Source: an uncultured virus (IMG/VR IMGVR_UViG_3300011334_000503) (Duplodnaviria; Heunggongvirae; Uroviricota; Caudoviricetes). Taken from it: a stretch of DNA of 64,000 nt. This document shows positions 29,801-37,907 of this stretch, one piece after another. The notes beneath the pieces are model-generated. The model was given only the letters and a program-made list of their open reading frames with translations, made no database searches and was not told the origin of the DNA. Where the stretch lies: IMG/VR virus record IMGVR_UViG_3300011334_000503; one strand, 5' to 3'. The stretch's first letter is position 1. The number at the start of each line of letters is the position of its first letter. A program made the position numbers and the translations under genes.

Positions 29801-30043
29801 TGCCAATGACTTTAGTAGATCTTGCACTTCGAATACTAGCTCAGGAGTTACGTCTGTTTTAGAGTGAACTATGTCTCCAGTCAATACTATTAGAGACTTA
29901 TCGTCTACTGACCAAAAAATCTTTTCTTTTAGCAGATGAAAAACTCTTCTGTATTCTTTGTGTCTTTTAAAATTCCTAATATGAATATCGCTAACGTGAT
30001 ATATCTTATTAACTTCAGATAAATTTAATACGTTCTTAATCAT
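26891..30043 (-). CDS. Fused Mre11/SbcD nuclease - Rad50/SbcC ATPase (gp47-gp46 fusion)
   Basis: SDIH, GD, PGNHD, GDIH phosphoesterase motifs; NASGKST, CSYC hook, TSGME, IDEGFG, ISH. Confidence 0.92.
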   Translation of the reverse strand: MIKNVLNLSEVNKIYHVSDIHIRNFKRHKEYRRVFHLLKEKIFWSVDDKSLIVLTGDIVHSKTDVTPELVFEVQDLLKSLADIAPVLLIPGNHDANLNNNHRMDALTPIVNALNHKNLYYSVNSEVFNIGNVTFCHWSVFDDNYICASDIEADYKICMYHGAVQNALTEVGFKLEGGKITTKHFDGFDITLLGDIHKLQYLNEEKTIAYPGSLIQQNHGESLDHGILVWNLKDKSSEYVSIPNDTAFYTVYVENGKHDPIPENLPTNLYLRVRHTNTDQIRLKEIISGIKSERTIVEQSIQRINGPQELNNPSHRSSRVVDVRDEHQQNSLIEKFLSKKHKLTDDQKESIRSINAYINQQLPKTESSRNIVWLPKKFEFENMFSYGKDNTIDFTDMAGTYGIFAANASGKSTLLDALSYCVFDKCSKTNRSSQVLNSSSNTFYCKLDFELDGKNYVIERDGLREKNGNVRVKVNFYYTDDLGNKISLNGKERNDTNASIRSVLGSYEDFTLTALSAQGANSGFIDMNQKDRKELLSQFLDINVFETMYDFANNEMKDISAVMKQYQKVDHSTEISKIDQEKTEINQKIDDLKIQKDNLIIDKDSLNKRILEEHIMLQSVSSKAIDEQQVRSEVLSLEEDLKKQVTEEAIIALEHTTIKEHLATYNNTLERVQIEELNKRLQSLKDLNKLKNTANIELNKLNIHLSHQKDKLDKLNELEYDENCSYCMNNVFVKDAISTKQSHEDLIKQKDTIETDIEIIDQQIKKLGNVEEHKREYDALLQIINDKEKKSLKLQSDLQKVQIDQTNIKQKIKDKESELDTYRKEKKKIEQNAQVQSRIDSYELEYKTVENNLKIVSDDLTEALIKVNSLSSNRDKYTNDLTELVKLQSKYDVYKYYSEAVHRDGVPHELISNTIPQLQDEINAILQQLVDFQVVLYPDDKNINAYIAYDNERYWPIELTSGMEKFVSSLAIRSSLINISSLPRPNFIAIDEGFGALDTNNLGSIVSYFDHLKNQFKFIMIISHIDSMRDAVDHQIEINKIDGRSNVQHTN

Positions 30044-30969
30044 GCTGTCAACATCATCTTTTTTAGCAAGAAGTCTGAGAATGTCATTGGTCTTGCTTTG
30101 TGTAATAATTCCGTTATCTTTTCAAATCCTAGATCTGATGGATCTTTTCCATCTAATTCAATCAGGTATACTTCTTTTCCCATGTTAACTAGCTTTTCTG
30201 AATAGTTAAGCGCTTCTTTCAGAGCGTCTTTGTCTAATGCAAGATACACTGTTTTTACTTGAGATTCTGCTAGTTTTAGCATTATAGCTTTTGGTATTGT
30301 CTTACCAAATAATGGTATTGCGTTTCTTTTTATTGCAATTGCATCAAATATACCTTCACAAAGTATAACTGGAACTGACCAGTTTATGGTGTTTTCTAAT
30401 CCTATAATTTCTGCTTTGTTACATGTTGGAGCGTCAAACTTTCTTGAAGGATTCTTTTCGAAAGACCTTGCCATAAAGTAGTTAGCGATACCTCTTTTGT
30501 TGTAAGAAGGTATGATAACTCTGTTTCTATATCTACCATTAGAGCAATATCCTATGTTATATTTTATGATATCGCTTTCAGTAATACCTCTAGATTTTAC
30601 GTAAGCTAGAGCTTGTCTTTTTTCTAGAGTATTGTTATCGTCTAACAAGCTTATGAATTCTTTAGGCAAACTAACCGTAGTGATTATGCTCTCGTCTTGC
30701 TTTTTAAGATATCCTAAGTATCCCTTCAGTTCAACTATCTTATCGCTTGGCGCACCTATTTTGTTTAGTAGAGTAACAGGATTTTGTCCTTTTGTGGCAG
30801 GATGACATGTAAAACAATTATATTTTCCAGTATTTAGATTAACAATAAGTTTTGGGTTCTTGTGATTACATATAGGACAATAAAATCCATAGTCACCAGT
30901 TTTTGGAAACTGCTTGCCTTTACCAAGAACAGATTCTAAAACTCCAAGTATTAAACCTTCATTATTCAT
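30040..30969 (-). CDS. DNA primase (DnaG/gp61-like)
   Basis: CPIC...CFTC Zn finger, RVIIP, CEGIFDA, LDKDA, KDPSD TOPRIM motifs. Confidence 0.9.
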   Translation of the reverse strand: MNNEGLILGVLESVLGKGKQFPKTGDYGFYCPICNHKNPKLIVNLNTGKYNCFTCHPATKGQNPVTLLNKIGAPSDKIVELKGYLGYLKKQDESIITTVSLPKEFISLLDDNNTLEKRQALAYVKSRGITESDIIKYNIGYCSNGRYRNRVIIPSYNKRGIANYFMARSFEKNPSRKFDAPTCNKAEIIGLENTINWSVPVILCEGIFDAIAIKRNAIPLFGKTIPKAIMLKLAESQVKTVYLALDKDALKEALNYSEKLVNMGKEVYLIELDGKDPSDLGFEKITELLHKARPMTFSDFLLKKMMLTA

Positions 30970-30974
30970 ATTAT

Positions 30975-31053
30975 CAAATATAATACAATTTATTGACTTA
31001 ATAAAATAAATGTGAAATATATTTTTTTATTTGAATTTTATTTGTTATATTTA
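30975..31053. promoter_or_regulatory. Divergent Bacteroidota-type promoters (TAnnTTTG/A -7 boxes)
   Basis: TATATTTG on minus (30975-30982) before primase; TATATTTA on plus (31046-31053). Confidence 0.55.
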
Positions 31054-31059
31054 CTTTAA

Positions 31060-31255
31060 TAACGTCGAACTGTATCGCTACGACATAGCCTGGTGAGATT
31101 CCACGAGTGATCGAAATAGCGGACCAGAGTGCATCGACTACCAGGAGAGGACAGTAAATCGCCTCCAGGTATATAAATAGAAGGTTTTAATAAAAGTTGA
31201 AATTGAATATCGGTAGAATCCGACGGTATAAAGTCCGCTAGAGTTTTTCAACCAT
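31060..31255 (+). ncRNA. Candidate structured RNA / long leader
   Basis: GC-richer non-coding tract with three complementary pairs (see findings). Confidence 0.4.
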
Positions 31256-31305
31256 AAACAAAATTCGAAACAAGTGTCAAAAAAACAATACTCTAAAAAT
31301 TCTCT

Positions 31306-31470
31306 ATGCAACAAAATGAAGAAAACATAGAACATCAAGAAATTTCAGAAGAACAACTAGAAGCTCTCTACATCTTCTTATCAATTAGTTGGGAAACATT
31401 CACAGATGATGAAAAAGAGTATTGGAAAATAATTATGGAAAAGATAGACCCAGAATTTAACTATGAGTAA
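31306..31470 (+). CDS. Small acidic 54-aa protein (not in ORF track)
   Basis: MQQNEENIEHQEISEEQLEALYIFLSISWETFTDDEKEYWKIIMEKIDPEFNYE; overlaps next start. Confidence 0.65.
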   Translation: MQQNEENIEHQEISEEQLEALYIFLSISWETFTDDEKEYWKIIMEKIDPEFNYE

Positions 31471-31777
31471 CAAAATAGAATTATACGTACTAGACGGATG
31501 CGAGAAATGCACTAGGATAAAATATGCTCTTATTTCTGAAGAGATAGAATATGAAGAGATGAACTGTACTAGTTCTGAAAATAAGAAGTGCGATAACTTA
31601 GAAGACCGGGTAGATTGCGGCAAATATCCAATGGCAGTAGTAAAGAAAAGAGGAGCTACAAGCGTAATCTACTTCTGCGAAAAACAGTCTACTGGAGGAA
31701 CTACCGTGATTAATAAAAGAATTCCTGTAGACTCTGAAGATAAGTTTATCCAAGAAATAAAAAAGGCTTACTTTTAA
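31463..31777 (+). CDS. Glutaredoxin-like protein
   Basis: LYVLDGCEKC; YP cis-Pro motif. Confidence 0.75.
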   Translation: MSNKIELYVLDGCEKCTRIKYALISEEIEYEEMNCTSSENKKCDNLEDRVDCGKYPMAVVKKRGATSVIYFCEKQSTGGTTVINKRIPVDSEDKFIQEIKKAYF

Positions 31778-31787
31778 AAAAAAGTTT

Positions 31788-32429
31788 ATGAAAAAGGTTT
31801 CTGCTGAACAGATTCAAGAGAATCTAGATAAGTTTTATTCTTACATTGATCAATACATTTCTGAAGATAGACGAGAAAATCTGAAGGAATTCTACAAAGG
31901 AATTGAAGAGACTCTATCTACTTCTCCTGCTTCTTCTAAACATGCACATCACAATTGTTTTCCTGGAGGTTATCTTGATCACGTTCTTAGAGTTATTGAA
32001 TCAGCATTAGTATTTGACAGAGTGTGGTCAAAGTTTGGTCAGAAAATAGATTATACAACTGAAGAACTGGTTTTTTCAGCAATTAATCATGATCTTGGAA
32101 AGCTAGGAACAAATGATCAACCATTCTATGTTCCTAACGATTCCCAATGGCACATAGAGAAGCAAGGAGCGTACTATAAGTACAATACTAATATAACACA
32201 TATGAGGATTGCAGATCGCAGCCTGTATTACCTCCAGCAAGCAGGAATACCTGTTACAGAAACAGAATTCTTAGCAATAAAATTACACGATGGTCTTTAC
32301 GAAGAGGGAAACAAAGCTTACTATATGCCTTACGGACAAGACTTTCAAATTAAAACAAATTTAGTTCACATTCTTCATCAAGCAGATCTAATGTCCGCTA
32401 AGATCGAAGATCAAATAAACAAATCATGA
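31788..32429 (+). CDS. HD-domain phosphohydrolase
   Basis: HHNCFPGGYLDHV, HDLGK, HDG, HQAD. Confidence 0.85.
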   Translation: MKKVSAEQIQENLDKFYSYIDQYISEDRRENLKEFYKGIEETLSTSPASSKHAHHNCFPGGYLDHVLRVIESALVFDRVWSKFGQKIDYTTEELVFSAINHDLGKLGTNDQPFYVPNDSQWHIEKQGAYYKYNTNITHMRIADRSLYYLQQAGIPVTETEFLAIKLHDGLYEEGNKAYYMPYGQDFQIKTNLVHILHQADLMSAKIEDQINKS

Positions 32430-32701
32430 TAATAACATGGATAGTAGTAGCACTTTGGGTGCTAACAGTAGTTGGATACGTTGTATTTAATCTGTATCAA
32501 AAGAATAGAAAGTTAGAAAATATGGTAGTAAAGCAACAGCTTTTTATCAACGAAGTTATGGCTAACTATAAAGAGATCGATCTTCTGGTAGATAAAATAG
32601 ATAAAACTCTTTGGGTTCAATCTGATCCTGAGTTTCTACAATTGATCGAAGAGATGAAGAATCTTCAAGGAATGATTAAACAATATACAGAAAGTAAGTA
32701 A
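32426..32701 (+). CDS. Small membrane-anchored protein
   Basis: N-terminal TM helix plus coiled coil. Confidence 0.6.
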   Translation: MIITWIVVALWVLTVVGYVVFNLYQKNRKLENMVVKQQLFINEVMANYKEIDLLVDKIDKTLWVQSDPEFLQLIEEMKNLQGMIKQYTESK

Positions 32702-32703
32702 GC

Positions 32704-33453
32704 ATGGAAGAAATAGTAGAAGTTGTAGAGGTAGAACTTACTAAAAAAGGTCAACCAAGAAAGAGAAAACCCAAAACAAAGAATAATTACTTTACAGAAG
32801 ATACTGAAGAGGCTATCTTAGAATATAGGCGAAGTACTAATCAAGCTACGAGAAATAAAATATATAACCAAAGAATTCACCATGGTTTTTATAAGCTCGC
32901 TGAAAATATCATTCATACATTCAAGTTCTATTACACAGAAGTAGATAAAATAGAAGACCTTAAATACGAAGTGGTATCTTTCTTGCTTCAGAAATTAGAT
33001 CTATATGATCAATCAAAAGGTAAAGCCTATTCTTATTTTGGAACTATTGCTAAAAGATATCTCATTATCTACAATCAAAAAAACTACAAAAAGTTGGTTA
33101 ATAAGATTGATATTCCTAATAACGAAGAAGACGATGAAAGTTTTAAACAAGCAATTATAGTAAAGGAATATTCAGAACCTGATAGGGGAGATATTATTGA
33201 AAGATTCTCTATACTTTTAGAATCTAAAATACCTACATTATTCGAAAAACAAGACGAGATAAATGTAGCTTACGCCATACTAGAGATCTTTAAAAAAAGG
33301 GAAAACATAGAGATATTCAATAAAAAAGCCCTTTTTATCTATATTAAAGAGATGACAGACTGTCAATCTAACACAATAACTAAGGTAATTAAGAAAATAA
33401 AAGGATTGTACGTTCAAATACTCAATAACTATATTGAGAATGCGGACTATTGA
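32704..33453 (+). CDS. Late-transcription sigma factor (T4 gp55-like)
   Basis: NYFT, KLAENI...F..Y, KAYSYFGTIA resemble the gp55 sigma-2 region. Confidence 0.65.
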   Translation: MEEIVEVVEVELTKKGQPRKRKPKTKNNYFTEDTEEAILEYRRSTNQATRNKIYNQRIHHGFYKLAENIIHTFKFYYTEVDKIEDLKYEVVSFLLQKLDLYDQSKGKAYSYFGTIAKRYLIIYNQKNYKKLVNKIDIPNNEEDDESFKQAIIVKEYSEPDRGDIIERFSILLESKIPTLFEKQDEINVAYAILEIFKKRENIEIFNKKALFIYIKEMTDCQSNTITKVIKKIKGLYVQILNNYIENADY

Positions 33454-33476
33454 TATTTATTTATAAACTTAGTTCC

Positions 33477-33860
33477 ATGGAAGAACAAAGCAAAGAGATA
33501 TTTGAAGGAAAAACAATTTCTGATCTTGCAAAAGAAATATATAACAAACACAAAGAGCAAGACGAGGCCCTAAAATCAAGAATAAACCAGTTGGGAGACA
33601 TGGTAGAAAGTCCTGGTGATGCTATCGTTATTGTTCCCATGCTAAAAGGATACTTTGATTCAAGTCTTAAGAACGATGAGGTCCTAATGAAAATGCTTCA
33701 AATATTTCAAAAGCAAGAAGAAAAGAAAGCTGCTGGTGCAGAAGATTCAAGTCTTCTTACAGAAAAAGATATTCAACAGCTATTTAGCGAAGTTTCTAGT
33801 TACACAGTATCGGCTACAGAATCAAAACAAATAACAGAGGAACCTAAAGATGGCCAATGA
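33477..33860 (+). CDS. Hypothetical protein
   Basis: Start re-called to ATG 33477 after ATATTTAT motif. Confidence 0.6.
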   Translation: MEEQSKEIFEGKTISDLAKEIYNKHKEQDEALKSRINQLGDMVESPGDAIVIVPMLKGYFDSSLKNDEVLMKMLQIFQKQEEKKAAGAEDSSLLTEKDIQQLFSEVSSYTVSATESKQITEEPKDGQ

Positions 33861-35085
33861 TATAATATTTGGTTCTACTCCTGAAGGAGGCGTAGGAAGT
33901 AGTCACGGTCAATACTTTATTATTGGTCGTGTTACTAGTATTGTGCTTGGAGAATTCTTTGACGACGGAAAAACTAAAAACCCAGAGTATAATAGTCCTG
34001 CTGATGTAGGTAAAGTAGATTTTGAGATGCTATACACTGGTCTTAATTTAAGAAGAGCCAACAAAGTGTCTAAGTCTGCTTTTCCTATATTCTCTTTTAT
34101 TAAACAGTATCCTGTTATAGGAGAAATTGTTTACATAGTTTCTGGACCTTCTGATGGTCTTAACGATAATTACAAGAATCAAAAGCTTTTTTATTATCCT
34201 CCTTTTTCTTTATGGAATGCTGTTAACCATAACGCATTTCCAAACATGGATCAGTATTCTGAGTTCTTAAAATACTATTCTCAACAACCAGGATATCAAG
34301 GATCGACTGACGCAGCTCAAGCAAAGTTACCTCTTGGAGTGTATTTTCAAGAGAATCCAAAAGTAAAGTCTTTAAAACCTTTTGAAGGAGACTCATTAAT
34401 AGAAGGAAGATTTGGTCAATCTATAAGATTTGGTAGTTCTAATCCAAACAGAGGAGACAACGATACATGGTCAATAGGAGTATCTCAAAGCGATTATCAA
34501 GGGAAACCGATAACAATAATTGTAAACGGTCAAGGAAAACCAAGTGTAAAAAACTCCGATCTATTTTCTCCTACTGTAGAAGACATTTCTAGGGACGACT
34601 CATCAATCTATCTAACATCGGGTCAACCTATAAGAACGCTAAACATATCTGATATAAGATCTAAAAAGTATGAATTTCCTTATAAAGGAAATCAAGCTTT
34701 AATATGTTCAGATAGAGTAATGTTATTTTCAAAAAAAGAAAACGTAATACTATTTTCTAAAAAAGAAGTAGGCATATCAGCCAATACGATAGTTAGTGTA
34801 TACTCAGGAGAAAACACTGTTATAAATTCTCCTAAAATTCAACTTGGAGATGAGTTTGCAAGAGAGCAGGCGATGTTAGGAACAACGTTTACAATACAAT
34901 TAAAAAGACTATTAGAGAACTTAATTTCAGCAGCAGGTTATCTACAGGATGCTTCTACTAGCGATCCAGGAACTACTGCTGTTAAAGCTAGAATAGCTGG
35001 TAAAGAGATGCAACATGCTAGTCAAGTTATGTTAAACTACTTAAATGAAGAATTACACTTGTCTAAAACTACATATATTAAGTAA
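33850..35085 (+). CDS. Baseplate hub/spike-like protein (gp5-like OB fold plus beta-repeat)
   Basis: YPVIGEIV, EGDSLIEGRFGQSIRFGS; upstream of gp25. Confidence 0.55.
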   Translation: MANDIIFGSTPEGGVGSSHGQYFIIGRVTSIVLGEFFDDGKTKNPEYNSPADVGKVDFEMLYTGLNLRRANKVSKSAFPIFSFIKQYPVIGEIVYIVSGPSDGLNDNYKNQKLFYYPPFSLWNAVNHNAFPNMDQYSEFLKYYSQQPGYQGSTDAAQAKLPLGVYFQENPKVKSLKPFEGDSLIEGRFGQSIRFGSSNPNRGDNDTWSIGVSQSDYQGKPITIIVNGQGKPSVKNSDLFSPTVEDISRDDSSIYLTSGQPIRTLNISDIRSKKYEFPYKGNQALICSDRVMLFSKKENVILFSKKEVGISANTIVSVYSGENTVINSPKIQLGDEFAREQAMLGTTFTIQLKRLLENLISAAGYLQDASTSDPGTTAVKARIAGKEMQHASQVMLNYLNEELHLSKTTYIK

Positions 35086-37028
35086 TGGCGGTAAGCAAAA
35101 TTATACAAGCTAAGATAGATAAAAAGACTTCTCAATTAACTGATACACAGAAGGCAAAAGCTGTCGCGTATAAAGATAAAGTAGATAAAAGTAATGCTAG
35201 AAAAGAAGCGAATTTTAAAGACACTTCTTCAAAGTTAAGTGGAAAAACTATAAAATCTTTTGGGTTACAAAATACTACCTCAGCTACTGGATTAGAGAAA
35301 GCAATATTCATCGCAGGAGATGCACTAATAAAAACACAACAAGCAGTAGATGATATATTTTACGGTAAGTTTGAAGGAGTTCCAGAAGAAGTAAAAAACA
35401 AATTTACTAGATCTATAAAAAAAGCAATAGACGAAGGATTAATGAATACTTTCGATAAGCTTTCTGAAATAGATTTGTGTAATGTTTTAAATGCCGCACT
35501 AAATAAAGATCCAAAATCTTCTAAATTTGATCCAGAAAATAAACCAACTAGTGATTTAGGTATTGCTAAATGGACTTTGCAAAAAGCTGCTTACGATACA
35601 CAATTAAAAATAGATGAATATTATTCTAGTTATACTGATACTTCAAATCAAGAATCAAAAGCAAAGGCAGTATACTCAATAGTAAACGAAATAAAAGATT
35701 CTTTCAAAGAGATATCGGATCCAACTGCAGTATCTGCCTTAAGAGATCCTAAGTTAGTTTCAAGTTTTCCTCAAATATCTACTGTTACTTCAACTCTAGA
35801 AAAGTACTTTGGAGACTTTAATAAGTACACTGATTATAGGCAAATCCCTTCACAGGATCTACAAAGACTTATAAATAATATCGATAGAGTAAGAGAAATA
35901 TGTATATTGATACAAGGGCTTACTACTCCAGCTTCTGCTATAAGTTTTGTAGACTCAGTTTTTCCTAATGCTAATATAGCAGAACAAATTGCTAGACTTG
36001 AAAAATTAATTCCAATTGAGCAACTTTATAGATTTCTAACTATAGTGGTCAAAACTCTTGGTAAATTACAATCTATATGTAATATGTTCTCTACGTTTAT
36101 TGCTTTTGGCCAAAAGATCATAAGCATAATGGTTTTGGTAGTAAAAGCATTAAAGATAGTAGTTAAGTTCATAAAAGCTCTACCTATTCCTTTAGTATTT
36201 GTTGTTTCTGGAGTAGTTACTACAATAGATGATCTTTTACAAAATGTTGTTATAAAGTTTTTAGATAAAATATTACAAGTCTTAAACCAAATAAATGTAT
36301 TATTATCATTATGTGCAGCTATAGTAGAGCAAGTTAGCGTAGGAATATACTACATAGTTAGTGTGATTAATACAATGTTAGAAAATCTAAAAGGCTGCAC
36401 TAATGTAGATAAACAGCTTATTAGCGATATGGAGACTCAAAGAGATAACCTATTGAGTACAGCAAACGGATTTGAAAGTTTTGTAGATAATTACAAAAAT
36501 AAAAATACCGAAAGTAACAACACATTAGGGAAATATACCATTCAAATAGTAACAGAGGAAGTAGTAGATGATGCTATAAACTTAAGAAGACGATATGGAA
36601 TAGCTCAAGAGGTAAATGGTACTATTGTAGCTAAGTCACAACCTACATTTGCATCAGATGATAGAATTATAATTAATGAAGTGAAACAACAGTTAGCTAG
36701 TCTCGGACTTATAAAATCAGAAAATTTATCTTCATTCACTCTTGAAGAATTAGCTACTATAGAAGAGTCTCTTAAGTTTTTAATGGATGATAATATATCG
36801 TTAAATGAAGTACAAAATACAGATTTTGATAATGGACTTGATTCTGGAAATAATGAAAATGAAAATAATGGCGTTGGACTCAATGCATTTGCTAACAAAC
36901 TTCAAGGGGGAAAGAAACTTAGAGAGAGAATGAGAAAAATGATGAAGCAAAACTCTGATAAACTTAAAACTAGTTTATCTTCTAGTGGAACAAATTTAAC
37001 TTTTAACACAGCAAACTTGCCTCAATAA
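35085..37028 (+). CDS. Hypothetical helical baseplate/tail-associated protein with long hydrophobic segment
   Basis: ORF track; amphipathic/hydrophobic central region. Confidence 0.5.
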   Translation: MAVSKIIQAKIDKKTSQLTDTQKAKAVAYKDKVDKSNARKEANFKDTSSKLSGKTIKSFGLQNTTSATGLEKAIFIAGDALIKTQQAVDDIFYGKFEGVPEEVKNKFTRSIKKAIDEGLMNTFDKLSEIDLCNVLNAALNKDPKSSKFDPENKPTSDLGIAKWTLQKAAYDTQLKIDEYYSSYTDTSNQESKAKAVYSIVNEIKDSFKEISDPTAVSALRDPKLVSSFPQISTVTSTLEKYFGDFNKYTDYRQIPSQDLQRLINNIDRVREICILIQGLTTPASAISFVDSVFPNANIAEQIARLEKLIPIEQLYRFLTIVVKTLGKLQSICNMFSTFIAFGQKIISIMVLVVKALKIVVKFIKALPIPLVFVVSGVVTTIDDLLQNVVIKFLDKILQVLNQINVLLSLCAAIVEQVSVGIYYIVSVINTMLENLKGCTNVDKQLISDMETQRDNLLSTANGFESFVDNYKNKNTESNNTLGKYTIQIVTEEVVDDAINLRRRYGIAQEVNGTIVAKSQPTFASDDRIIINEVKQQLASLGLIKSENLSSFTLEELATIEESLKFLMDDNISLNEVQNTDFDNGLDSGNNENENNGVGLNAFANKLQGGKKLRERMRKMMKQNSDKLKTSLSSSGTNLTFNTANLPQ

Positions 37029-37040
37029 TATTTATACTAT

Positions 37041-37490
37041 ATGGAAAAGAAAAGCGCAAATGAAATCATAAGGCAAATAATAAGGGAAGAGATTACCCGA
37101 GCCTTAAGAACTGAGCTTCCTAAGATCCTTAGCGAATCAACAAAATCAGTTACAGCTCAGCCAAAAAAATCAAATCAACCTCCGATGACTTTAAACTCAT
37201 CTCCTATGGTAAGGTTTGAAGACATTAAATTTAAACAATCAAGCAATCCTTTAGCTTCTTTGCTAAATGAAACCGCTAAAGACATGCTCAACGAAGACAG
37301 CGCAATGCACTTCTCAACATCAGATGTAAGCGCAGGAATGCATCCAGCAATGGCATTTCAACCAAGAGAAGTTGCAACAGGAGGAGTAAATGATATGCTA
37401 GCTACAGCAAAACCTAGCTCTAACATAGATGCTGTACAAATAAATGTTGTTCCCGACTATTCTGCAATGATGGAAAAAATGGGAATTTAA
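37041..37490 (+). CDS. Hypothetical protein with multiple L/I-x-E sites
   Basis: IIREE, ILSES, LLNET, MLNED. Confidence 0.6.
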   Translation: MEKKSANEIIRQIIREEITRALRTELPKILSESTKSVTAQPKKSNQPPMTLNSSPMVRFEDIKFKQSSNPLASLLNETAKDMLNEDSAMHFSTSDVSAGMHPAMAFQPREVATGGVNDMLATAKPSSNIDAVQINVVPDYSAMMEKMGI

Positions 37491-37492
37491 TC

Positions 37493-37906
37493 GTGGCGTA
37501 TAACCTTAGAAAAATATCGCCCCTTGATCTTAAGCCTTCAACTGGAGTTGGAGTTAAGTTACCTTTTGCTGGACCAAGTGTGTTTACTACTGTATACACT
37601 ACTAAGGAGCAGTTAAAGTACAATATACTTAATTATATGCTTACTGATCTTGGAGAGAGACCTATGAATCCTAATTTTGGAATGGGACTTAGATCAAGAC
37701 TTTTCGAAAGTATTACTGAAAGTACTCTTGATGATATTAAACAATCCATACAAACACAAATAGAGAATATGTTTCCAGTAGTTCAGATACAGAGATTAGA
37801 CGTTATAGGACAACCGGGTTATAACTCTATAAACATACAATTTAGTTATACTATAAAGACTTCTAAAGAAACAGATTCAATACTATTAAAGATACAAAAC
37901 GTCTAA
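37493..37906 (+). CDS. Baseplate wedge protein (gp25-like)
   Basis: NILNYMLT..GERPMNPNFG..L...LFE. Confidence 0.9.
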   Translation: MAYNLRKISPLDLKPSTGVGVKLPFAGPSVFTTVYTTKEQLKYNILNYMLTDLGERPMNPNFGMGLRSRLFESITESTLDDIKQSIQTQIENMFPVVQIQRLDVIGQPGYNSINIQFSYTIKTSKETDSILLKIQNV

Positions 37907-37907
37907 G

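Noticed and set aside
31060..31255. Group I intron or RNase P RNA
   Set aside because: Fragments resemble P/R/S elements (AATAGCGG, GACTA, TAAAGTCC) but the order and spacing do not fit, no interrupted gene flanks it, and RNase P consensus segments are missing
33477..33860. Small terminase subunit
   Set aside because: Size and helical character fit, but there is no recognisable motif and it is not adjacent to the large subunit
35085..37028. Tape measure protein
   Set aside because: Helical and partly hydrophobic, but short for a large myovirus and not next to tube/sheath genes, which are absent from this window; left as hypothetical
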